Shown here one piece after another: positions 39,538 to 47,207 of a stretch of 64,000 nucleotides of DNA (the first letter of the stretch is position 1; each line of letters starts with the position of its first letter). The notes beneath the pieces were generated by a model. The model saw only the letters and a program-made list of their open reading frames with translations, searched no databases and had not been told where the DNA came from. The DNA is taken from assembly GCA_052143095.1 (NCBI GenBank), contig JBKQTR010000165.1, positions 8,852 to 72,851 of the forward strand. Direction: 5' to 3'. Both the position numbers and the translations under genes were made by a program. The stretch is from Stellaceae bacterium (GTDB lineage: Bacteria > Pseudomonadota > Alphaproteobacteria > ATCC43930 > CGMCC-115725).

Positions 39538-40083
39538 ATGATCCAGGTGCCGCGCTATCATCCGCTGCTGGTGACGCTGCATTGGCTGCTTGCCGTGCTG
39601 ATCATCGCGGCGTTGAGCCTGGGATTTTTCGGGCTCGCGGCGATGGAAAATTCCGACCCGCGGAAGCTTGGCATTCTGCGGCTGCACATGGCGGGCGGAA
39701 TGCTGATTCTCGTCTTGATGGGCATCCGCTTCATCGTGCGGCTGCGGACAACGCGACCGGCGGAGGTGACGACAGGCTATCGCCTGCTGGATCGCATCGC
39801 GCCGATCGCCCATTACGGGTTTTACGTCCTGGTCCTCTTGATGGTGGCGACCGGCTACGCCACGGCGATCGTTGCCGGGCTCCCGGCGATCGTGTTCGGC
39901 GGCTCGGGCGCGCCACTGCCGCCGAGCTTCATGATCTATCCGAGCTTCGTGGCGCACGGCTCTCTCGCGACGATCCTGGTCGGCTTCATCGTCTTGCACG
40001 TGCTTGCCGCGTTCTACCACCAATTCGTCAGGAAAGACCGGCTGTTCCGGCGGATGCTCTTCGGGCGACGCGGATCAAAGTGA
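39538..40083 (+). CDS. cytochrome b561 family protein
   Basis: 181 aa; four TM segments; heme-ligand His context ..LVTLHWLLAVLII.., ..LHMAGGMLIL.., ..VAHGSLATIL... Confidence 0.8.
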   Translation: MIQVPRYHPLLVTLHWLLAVLIIAALSLGFFGLAAMENSDPRKLGILRLHMAGGMLILVLMGIRFIVRLRTTRPAEVTTGYRLLDRIAPIAHYGFYVLVLLMVATGYATAIVAGLPAIVFGGSGAPLPPSFMIYPSFVAHGSLATILVGFIVLHVLAAFYHQFVRKDRLFRRMLFGRRGSK

Positions 40084-40226
40084 CGATCGCATTCGCACAT
40101 CGCAGCCCCTCCCCTCTTGAGGCGGGGCAATCGCCTCTTCCATCGAGCTGCCGTGGGAATGATTGACCAAGGAGGTGAACCCGATCGCTGCCGTGTCAGC
40201 GGAGTGTTCGTCCGGTGAAGGCCGCG

Positions 40227-40832
40227 TCAGTCGTGGGCGATCGCGATGATGGTGGTGATGATCAAGATCGCGGCGAACAGAAGGTTGACGATGCGCGAGC
40301 CGACGGGATGTTGCAGCAGGCGGGAAAGCGAGACGCCGGCGGTCAGCCAACACAGGTGAATGACAACGATCATGATCGTCAGCACCGCCGTCTTGAGCAT
40401 CGCCTCGATCACGCGGGAGCTGACGGCAAGCGTCGTGCCCGCGAATACGGCGGCGATCGCCAGATAGGCCTTCGGATTGGCCACGCCGAGCAGGAACCCG
40501 CCGGCGAATGACGGTGCGCTCGCTGCCGGATCCTGCCTCGACAGCGGCGGCGCCGTCGCGATCTTGAACGCGAGATAGGCGATATAGCCGGCCGAGGCGG
40601 CGACAAGGACCGGGGCAAGCCGCGGCAGCGAGACGAGCACGGCAACGACACCCGCCGCGGCGGCGACGAGCACCGCAATCGTGCCCAGAATGATGCCGGT
40701 CAGATAGGCGAGCGACCGGCGAAAGCCGAACGCCGCACCGACCGCCGTCACGCTCATGGTCGAGGGGCCGGGGCTCCCCATCACGATGACAGAGGTTGAG
40801 ATCAGCGACACGAGCGCAGGGACCTGCTCCAT
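40227..40832 (-). CDS. LysE-family amino-acid exporter
   Basis: 201 aa; ..VIVMGSPGPSTMSVTAVGAAFGFRRSLAY.., ..LGVANPKAYL... Confidence 0.85.
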   Translation of the reverse strand: MEQVPALVSLISTSVIVMGSPGPSTMSVTAVGAAFGFRRSLAYLTGIILGTIAVLVAAAAGVVAVLVSLPRLAPVLVAASAGYIAYLAFKIATAPPLSRQDPAASAPSFAGGFLLGVANPKAYLAIAAVFAGTTLAVSSRVIEAMLKTAVLTIMIVVIHLCWLTAGVSLSRLLQHPVGSRIVNLLFAAILIITTIIAIAHD

Positions 40833-40860
40833 CGGAGAAACTTCCTGTAGACTTGGACAG

Positions 40861-41730
40861 ATGGGCAGGAAGCTATCTCAGCGCGGCGAGCGCCGTCTTG
40901 AAGGCTTGTGCGACGGCCCGTTCGATGACCTCCGCGGTGCTGGAAACCGCATCAGGATCGGCCGCGGCAGCACCGGGATAGAGCGTCTTGAAGCGCGGCT
41001 TGTCGGCCAGGCGTTCTCGCCGCACCGCCACGACACCTATGCGATCGGTATCACCCTGTCCGGCGTCCAAACCTTCCGCTACCGCGGCGCGCGACGATAC
41101 TGCCTCCCCGGTCAATGCCATGTCCTTCATCCCGATGAACTGCATGACGGGGGCGCCGGCACCGCCACGGGTTTCGGCTACAAGATCGCCTATATCGACC
41201 CGTCGCTCGTGCAACAGGCGCTCGGCGGCACGGCGCTTCCCTTCGTTTCGGACCCCATCGTCGACAAGAGCGTTGTTCAGGACGCGCTTGCGCCGGCATT
41301 GTGGCGGCTGGAAGAGCCGATCGACGATGTCGCGCGGAGCGAGATCGTCGCCGCGGTGGCGGATCTGCTCGCTCGCGCAGCGAGAGCCGGCACCAGGAAA
41401 CAGAGCTCCCTCCGACTGGCATCATTGCTGCGGGTTCGCGATCTCATCGTCGCCAACCCGACCACCCGGCATTCCGTCGAGACGCTCGAAGGCGTGTCGG
41501 GCCTCGATCGTTGGGCGCTGGCCCGCCAGTTTCGCGCGGCCTTTGGCACAAGCCCCAGCAGCTTCCGCACCATGCGGCAGCTGGATCAGGCGCGCCGGAT
41601 GATCAGGGCCGGCCTGTCGCTCGCCGAGGCTGCGGTGGAAGCCGGCTTTGCCGATCAGAGCCACATGTCACGACAGTTCAAGCGCGCCTATGGCCTCACA
41701 CCGGCCAAGTGGGCCGCAGCGCTCGTCTAA
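40861..41730 (+). CDS. AraC-family transcriptional regulator
   Basis: In-frame ATG of ORF 40756..41730; N-terminal cupin-like ..FSPHRHDTYAIGITLSG..; HTH ..LARQFRAAFGTSPSSFRTMRQL.. and ..GFADQSHMSRQFKRAYG... Start uncertain (only 28 nt from the LysE start). Confidence 0.8.
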   Translation: MGRKLSQRGERRLEGLCDGPFDDLRGAGNRIRIGRGSTGIERLEARLVGQAFSPHRHDTYAIGITLSGVQTFRYRGARRYCLPGQCHVLHPDELHDGGAGTATGFGYKIAYIDPSLVQQALGGTALPFVSDPIVDKSVVQDALAPALWRLEEPIDDVARSEIVAAVADLLARAARAGTRKQSSLRLASLLRVRDLIVANPTTRHSVETLEGVSGLDRWALARQFRAAFGTSPSSFRTMRQLDQARRMIRAGLSLAEAAVEAGFADQSHMSRQFKRAYGLTPAKWAAALV

Positions 41731-41847
41731 CGACGGATTGATCTTGTGCGCGCTGAGCTTCGCGCCTCTCCGGGCGCGACGCATCGTGTGCTCATCCACG
41801 AGCGCCTCGCGGACACGGGCGTGCCTCGACTATTGATCGAGACCGGC

Positions 41848-42015
41848 TTACCCGCGCTGCGCCGTCGGCTTTGGCTTGCGCCTCACGGCCCACAGCACCG
41901 TCTCGTATCGTTCGGCTCGCTCGATAAACTCGAGCCGCAGCCCCGGATCGTGGACCTTGTCGGCCATCTCTCGATAGGTCGCGGCTATTTCAAGCAGATC
42001 TTCCTCTTGCAACAT
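41848..42015 (-). CDS. hypothetical protein, small-helical paralog 4
   Basis: 55 aa from the internal ATG of ORF 41848..42225: MLQEEDLLEIAATYREMADKVHDPGLRLEFIERAERYETVLWAVRR... Confidence 0.4.
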   Translation of the reverse strand: MLQEEDLLEIAATYREMADKVHDPGLRLEFIERAERYETVLWAVRRKPKPTAQRG

Positions 42016-42316
42016 AGGCCTCCGCCTCGTCGTTGCGGGGTAATTTGTGGCGCCGTCACAGTATCGCAATTTGACAACTTGTCGCACGGCGCCTTGTCGA
42101 TCGGCGCAACCTAGACGTTCGAGTGACGCAATGCGGAATCGGCGAGGCCGAGCGCACGCATGGTGCCATCGACGGCGAGCGAGACACCATTGCGCACCGC
42201 AGGCACGGTTGAGGAAGTCGCTCACCTTACGTCCACGCGAGCGTCGGCGACGCTCACCGTACTGTAGGGGATGGAGAACGCCGGGCGAGGCGTCACACGA
42301 GGGTACGCTCCGCCTC

Positions 42317-43387
42317 CTACCGCCGCGCGCGGAAGTGCGGCATTACCTGGGCCGCGAACAGCTCCTGCGTCTTGATTGACTTCCAGTGCTCGACGCCGCC
42401 GGGATTGACCGTGATCGCGACTTCCGTCAGCCCGGCGCACAGCTCCCGCACCGCGTCAATCCGCTCGATGATGTCCTGCGGCGTCCCGACCCAGACGATG
42501 TCCTTCTCGATCATCTCGTTGTACGGCATGTCGGAGAGTTGCTCCATGATCCCCGACGCGTAGAAGCCGTAGCCCGACGCCTCGAGCCGGTCCTTCGACG
42601 CGAGCTCGTCCGCGTGCTCGAGCAGCACCGACGCGTTCCCTTTCAAGAAGCCACGCATCATCTGCTCTGCCTCACGTTTCGCCGTGTCGCGGTCCTCGTC
42701 GAGGTGGCACGCATGGATCCAAACGATGTCGGGCTCTTTGCCGTGCTTCGCGCAGGCCTCACGGTAGATGTCGAGCTGGCCGCGCAGCGCCTCGTACGGC
42801 AGCAGCGGCGGGACGACCATCGCGTAGCCGCGCTCGCCAGCGAGTTCGTAAGTCGAATCGCTTGTGCCGCCGAGGAAGATGCGGAACTTCCGATCGGGCG
42901 CCGGCCGCGGGACTATGTGCGAGTCCTCGATCTTGTAGTACACGCCTTTATGCGAGAAGCGCGGGTTATCGAGCGCGTCGAGGAGAATCTGCAGCGACTC
43001 GTCGTACCGCGCGCGCGTCTCCTCCACGGGCACGCCTGCCTTCAGCGCGAGCCAGGCGTGCCCGCGCCCAACGCCGAACTCGTAGCGGCCGTCAGCAAGT
43101 AGATCGAATTCCGTGATCTGCGAGGCGAGCACGGTGGGATTGTGGTACGGCAGCACGTGCACGAGCGTGCGGAATTTGATCTTCGTCGTCCGCTCCGAGC
43201 ATTTCGCGAAGAACGCGAACGGGTTCGGGGACGCGCCGAACTTCGCAAAGAAGAAGTGTTCGATGATCCCATACGCCGCGTAACCGAGACGGTCGGCGTT
43301 GACGACCTGCTCCAATGCCTCCTCATAGATCTGCTTCTGCGTCTTGCCCGGCCAGCTCTGAAGTTCGGAATAGATGCTGAATTGCAT
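42317..43387 (-). CDS. LLM-class flavin-dependent oxidoreductase (luciferase-like monooxygenase)
   Basis: 356 aa; MQFSIYSELQSWPGKTQKQIYEEALEQVVNADRLGYAAYGIIEHFF.., ..YEFGVGRGHAW... Confidence 0.87.
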   Translation of the reverse strand: MQFSIYSELQSWPGKTQKQIYEEALEQVVNADRLGYAAYGIIEHFFFAKFGASPNPFAFFAKCSERTTKIKFRTLVHVLPYHNPTVLASQITEFDLLADGRYEFGVGRGHAWLALKAGVPVEETRARYDESLQILLDALDNPRFSHKGVYYKIEDSHIVPRPAPDRKFRIFLGGTSDSTYELAGERGYAMVVPPLLPYEALRGQLDIYREACAKHGKEPDIVWIHACHLDEDRDTAKREAEQMMRGFLKGNASVLLEHADELASKDRLEASGYGFYASGIMEQLSDMPYNEMIEKDIVWVGTPQDIIERIDAVRELCAGLTEVAITVNPGGVEHWKSIKTQELFAAQVMPHFRARR

Positions 43388-43598
43388 TGGACGTTGCTCC
43401 TTTCACGCGGAAGCCGCCCGCTTGTGGCGTTATTTCGCGTTTGAGAGGCGCTGTCAACGAGCGGGAAGTTTCGCCGAGACGACGGGTCCGTCGGCAGCGT
43501 CATGTTCATCCGTTCCTCGCTCGTGACGGACCCATGACAGGGCACCCCGTTTCAGTTTGGCTACGCTATCGTCGGCAACTTTCCAGCAGAAACTTGCT

Positions 43599-44820
43599 CT
43601 AGGACGGGAAGCACCGGCCGAAGGCGAGGAGCAGCCGCGGCGAGCCCTTGAGGCGGATGCGCCGGCGCAGCAGCGCCCAGGGCAGGCCCGCTTCCTTGCG
43701 CAGGAAGCACAGCCAGGTGTCGCTGTCGGCGACCAGCCGCAGATCGGGCGCGCCGACATGGCCGTCGGTCACGCGGATCGTCCGGTCACGAATAACGATG
43801 GTAGCGTCGGCCGGCTCGCGTCCGGTAAACGTAAAGTAGTAGGTCGCATCGAGGCCTGCGGCGCGGCCCGGCTGGAACACCAGCGGCAACCCGCGCAGGA
43901 AGTTGCGGATCGAGGTCTGCCGCGTCAATCCGTTGGCCACCGGCTTGCTGCGCTTGTTGGGAAAGTGGCGGGCCACATGCGCCTCGGCATCCGAGCCGGG
44001 CACGACGTAGACGGTCTCCGCCTTGTCGCGCAGCGGCTTCACGAGATCGTCGACGAACTGCTTGCGATCGGTGAGGAAGGGCCCGATGACGTCCTCGCCC
44101 GCCGGGCATACCGACAGGCAATAGGCGGCCTTGTAGTTGGCGCCGAACGACAGGCTCTGCCACATCGAGACGGTTTCGGGGCCGGAGACCTTGCGGCGAT
44201 AGGCCGCGGCGCTGCCGCTGGAGGCGACCGTCTCCACCCAGTCGTTGAAGCCGCCCATGAACTCGCGGTAATTGTGGGTGTAGCAGGCCGAGAAATTGAA
44301 CTGCCCGTCGGGGCCGATGGCGCCGGTCGGACAGGCGGCAACGCACAGCTTGCACTCGAGGCAGGGGTTGTAGTCGAGCGGCGCCGCGTAGGCGGCGATG
44401 CCGGTCTCGACGACCACCGTTCCCAGCAGGATGAAACTACCGAATTTCGGATGGATCACGTTGCGGTGGATGCCCATCCGGCCGAGTCCGGCGGCAACCG
44501 CGATCGGCTTGTGGGAGATGATCCAGAGCTTGCCACCCCAGCGATCGGCTACCATCGGAAAGCCGCCGGCGCCGCCGGTGATCGCGCGGATGCCGGCGGC
44601 CTCCAGCCGCGACGATGCGCCGGGTGACCTCGTTGATCTCGTCGGTCGTGTGGTGAAATTCGAGATTGGCGACCGAGCGCATCGGCGTCCGGATGTTTTC
44701 GCGGTTCATCCGGCAGACGATGCTGATCAGCGCCTTGGCCGGCGGGAACAGCGCCCGAATGTCGCCGATCTCAGCGGCGATATCGGGATGTTTGACGCGC
44801 GCGCCGAGATATCTCTGCAT
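43599..44820 (-). pseudogene. 4Fe-4S (QueG/reductive-dehalogenase-like) protein fused to an SCP2 domain, apparent frameshift
   Basis: N-terminal 72 aa are in the frame of ORF 44437..44820 (..EFHHTTDEINEVTRRIVAA) and then turn into Arg-rich nonsense. The sense continues in the frame of ORF 43599..44555 (LEAAGIRAITGGAGGFPMVADRWGGKLW..). Switch point is about 44601-44613. Cluster motifs CLECKLCVAACPTGA and CLSVCPAG; SCP2-like C-terminus. Confidence 0.7.
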
Positions 44821-45282
44821 ATACAGATATCAGCACTGTGGGCCCGATGCAAGCCGCCGCGTACCGCGGCCGAGGCGGAGCCTGCCGGACTGACCGCCAA
44901 CCAGTTCGGGCTCTTGGCGCAACTCTACGGTGCCCGTCTCGGGGGATCGAGCGGGCTCTCCATCGGGGCGCTGGCGGAACTATTGGGGACGGACCCATCG
45001 ACGCTCAACCGGACGCTCAAGCCGTTGCAGCAGCCAGGCTTGGTCAGGGATGCGGTCGACCCGGCCGATGGCCGCGTGCGGATCGTCGAGATCACCGCTC
45101 GCGGACGGCGCGACTTTCTAAAGGCCATGCCGTTGTGGCGCGAGGCCCAGGCGCGGGTCGAAACCGCGCTCGGCGCCAAGGCGATGGACGCCTTGAACGA
45201 GCTGCTTGATTTTTCCACCCGCGCACAGGAGCGAGCGAGACGGCTGAATCAGGTGCTATGTCGCTTTTGCTTCCATCGTTAA
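44788..45282 (+). CDS. MarR-family transcriptional regulator
   Basis: C-terminal part of ORF 44398..45282: ..GLTANQFGLLAQLYG..SIGALAELLGTDPSTLNRTLKPLQQPGLVRDAVDPADGRVRIVEITARGR... Start uncertain; ATG 44788 would overlap the divergent gene by 33 nt. Confidence 0.75.
   Translation: MFDARAEISLHIQISALWARCKPPRTAAEAEPAGLTANQFGLLAQLYGARLGGSSGLSIGALAELLGTDPSTLNRTLKPLQQPGLVRDAVDPADGRVRIVEITARGRRDFLKAMPLWREAQARVETALGAKAMDALNELLDFSTRAQERARRLNQVLCRFCFHR
44806..44831. promoter_or_regulatory. AT-rich palindromic operator candidate (MarR site?)
   Basis: GAGATATCTC perfect palindrome (44806-44815) and a second GATATC (44826-44831) give a 24-bp imperfect palindrome, GATATCTCTGCATATACAGATATC. It spans the start codon of the Fe-S gene in the divergent region. 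Confidence 0.35.
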
Positions 45283-45491
45283 GTGCTGGTGCCGCCAATG
45301 CGCCGTTTCAGGGAATGGCGCCGCACCAGACGATGAAATATATGCGCCATCAACATGGCGCGATCAAAATCCGCTGTCCCGAAGGAGAACATTTCCGGGC
45401 CGCGATCGCCGTGGTGCTCGAGGAGGATGGTCTCGATATTGCCGAAGGCGGTCTCGTCGGTGGCGGCGATGGTGGGGTCGTGTCGAGGCAT
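45279..45491 (-). CDS. hypothetical protein
   Basis: 70 aa; AAGGAG 6 nt upstream; MPRHDPTIAATDETAFGNIETILLEHHGDRGPEMFSFGTADFDRAMLMAHIF... Confidence 0.5.
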   Translation of the reverse strand: MPRHDPTIAATDETAFGNIETILLEHHGDRGPEMFSFGTADFDRAMLMAHIFHRLVRRHSLKRRIGGTST

Positions 45492-45561
45492 GCGCTTGCT
45501 CCTTAGTCTCCGCGCATAAACACTTTGATCGTGGTTAATGCACCAAGAGCACTGCCCTTCA

Positions 45562-45690
45562 TTATTTCATGCCGCCGAAGCCGCCGGCGCCGACGGGAAC
45601 GCCGTTGATCAGCGGTATCTGCTTGCTCTCGCCATAGGCGCTGCACGCCGCCAGCGACACGACGATCAGCATCAACCCGAACCTTCTCAT
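45562..45690 (-). CDS. 42-aa lipoprotein (hypothetical)
   Basis: Own translation: MRRFGLMLIVVSLAACSAYGESKQIPLINGVPVGAGGFGGMK, lipobox LAAC, AAGGAG 7 nt upstream. Below the track cut-off. Confidence 0.55.
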   Translation of the reverse strand: MRRFGLMLIVVSLAACSAYGESKQIPLINGVPVGAGGFGGMK

Positions 45691-45898
45691 GGAGCGCTCC
45701 TTCGGCCGGTTGCACGGGACCCGTTATGAGGCGTTGCGCCGGACTTCGCCAGCGCCGCGCGCTCACATCTTCGTGGCCATGACGCCCCTATCAGTCTCGT
45801 CCGGGGGCAGTTGGCGGGCACGCCGATGCCCGCGCCGCCGAGGTGGCGCGTGGGACGGTATTTCAATTCCTTTGATTCCCAAGGGAGTGTAGGGCGAC

Positions 45899-46096
45899 GG
45901 GGTGCCCGAACTTACTGTGGCACGACGCAAGACCCCCGCTTAACGCCACACCGTGACTTGCGGGGGTCCACTGCGGAGTAACAAAGACTCCGTGCTCGGA
46001 ATGCCGAGCTTAATCTTGGACTTCGTGGTGGGTCGCCGATGCCAAGCGGTCGGCAACTCGTTACAGCCGGGCGGAGTCATGCTGGTTTGGCACCCT
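45899..46096. ncRNA. candidate structured RNA or relic element (family unknown)
   Basis: No track ORF of 60 aa or more lies within 45893-46141. A long-range helix 45899-45911/46085-46096 encloses hairpins 45931-45939/45960-45968 (9 bp), 45974-45979/45987-45992, 45994-45999/46004-46009 and 46035-46039/46050-46054. Strand and ends unknown. Confidence 0.25.
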
Positions 46097-46253
46097 CCAC
46101 TTGGTTGACAACATACTGCACATGGGCATGACCGCGGATGGATGCAAGTGGCGGCGTCAATTGGCGGTGACGCGATGATGTCGGCCCGACGCGCAAGTGA
46201 CGCGGCGGCGGCGCCGCGATGCTGCGGGCGCCACGGGGATAGGGCGGGCTCGC

Positions 46254-46493
46254 TCAGAGGGTCGTTTTCTGGCGCCGCACCAGCGCGAGCACGTCGCGGA
46301 GCGCAACGAGATAGCCGTAATGCCAGTACGCGCGCTCGCGCGTGCCGTCATCGAGATGGGCCTGTTCGCGGATACACTCAGGCCCATTCTCAAAAATCAA
46401 TTCCGACAGATCCGCGAGGCGTTCCTTCAACGCGGCCTCAACCAACCGCTCGAAGGCCAGCGCCGAATCGAGATCCGCTTGCCAATGGTTCAT
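46254..46493 (-). CDS. hypothetical protein
   Basis: 79 aa; MNHWQADLDSALAFERLVEAALKERLADLSELIFENGPECIREQAHLDDGTRERAYWHYGYLVALRDVL... No strong RBS. Confidence 0.45.
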   Translation of the reverse strand: MNHWQADLDSALAFERLVEAALKERLADLSELIFENGPECIREQAHLDDGTRERAYWHYGYLVALRDVLALVRRQKTTL

Positions 46494-46716
46494 GGCAGCG
46501 AAACGGAACCAGCGCGCCTAAGTTCCGCCGACGCCAAGCGCCCGCCATCACGCATGAGCGGGTCGCTCGGCAGGGTTTGACCAACGCAATAGTTACTTCC
46601 GACACCGCGCTTGGAAATTCTAGAGCGTGTCCCGTCGATCAGGAATCAAACGCTGACCCATCTCCCTCTCGGCGCCTAACGCAGGGCTGTCCGAGGCGCC
46701 CCGCCAGTGCCACTTC

Positions 46717-46926
46717 TCACCCCACCTTCGACCTGGGCTCGGCCTTCCACACCTGCTCGACGGCCTCGGCGATCCAACGCCAAGCCTCCATCGTGCGCTG
46801 TTCGTCGTGACGGGCTGCGATCAATGACTGATGCTTGGCGTGACTCGCGGCGCGCTCGCCGTAGCGCTCGATCAGCAACTCCGCGAGCTCGTGAACGACA
46901 CTGTCGTGCTCGATCAAGACTGTCAT
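46717..46926 (-). CDS. hypothetical small protein
   Basis: 69 aa from ATG 46926 (GAGGAG 5 nt upstream): MTVLIEHDSVVHELAELLIERYGERAASHAKHQSLIAARHDEQRTMEAWRWIAEAVEQV... Confidence 0.55.
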   Translation of the reverse strand: MTVLIEHDSVVHELAELLIERYGERAASHAKHQSLIAARHDEQRTMEAWRWIAEAVEQVWKAEPRSKVG

Positions 46927-47207
46927 TCGGCTCCTCACGCAAGTGGCCGCCACGACGCCTCACCGACCGCGACGCCGTGCTCTCGGGCACATGCGGCGGC
47001 GCGATCACCATTGAGCGCGCCAGCGCGGCGACGAGCGCCCAGTCGGCCTGGGCTGCAAGATGCATCATAACCATGACGCGCACAGTGTCGCCTTTGTCTC
47101 GCTTTTTTCGGTGAGGCAAAATTTGGACGCGGCGGTTAACGCGTCCCGAGAAGCCCGGCGATGCGCCAAACAGCGCACACGACAAGCCAGCCTGTCTCGA
47201 GCTAGGC

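Noticed and set aside
43557-44627. 356-aa plus-strand ORF opposite the Fe-S/SCP2 gene
   Set aside because: Antisense shadow. The minus strand has Cys-cluster motifs.
45899-46096. Known housekeeping RNA (tmRNA, SRP RNA, 6S, RNase P) or group II intron domain
   Set aside because: No tag-peptide reading frame, no SRP GGAA tetraloop motif context, no RNase P conserved regions and no intron domain V consensus could be recognised by eye. It is left as an unknown candidate.
45700-47207. attR-type direct repeat of the tRNA-Arg 3-prime end marking the island border
   Set aside because: The only resemblance is GGGTCC within CGGGGGTCCAC (about 45961-45971) against TCGGGTCCGCCA of the tRNA. It is too short to be meaningful, and no integrase gene is present.
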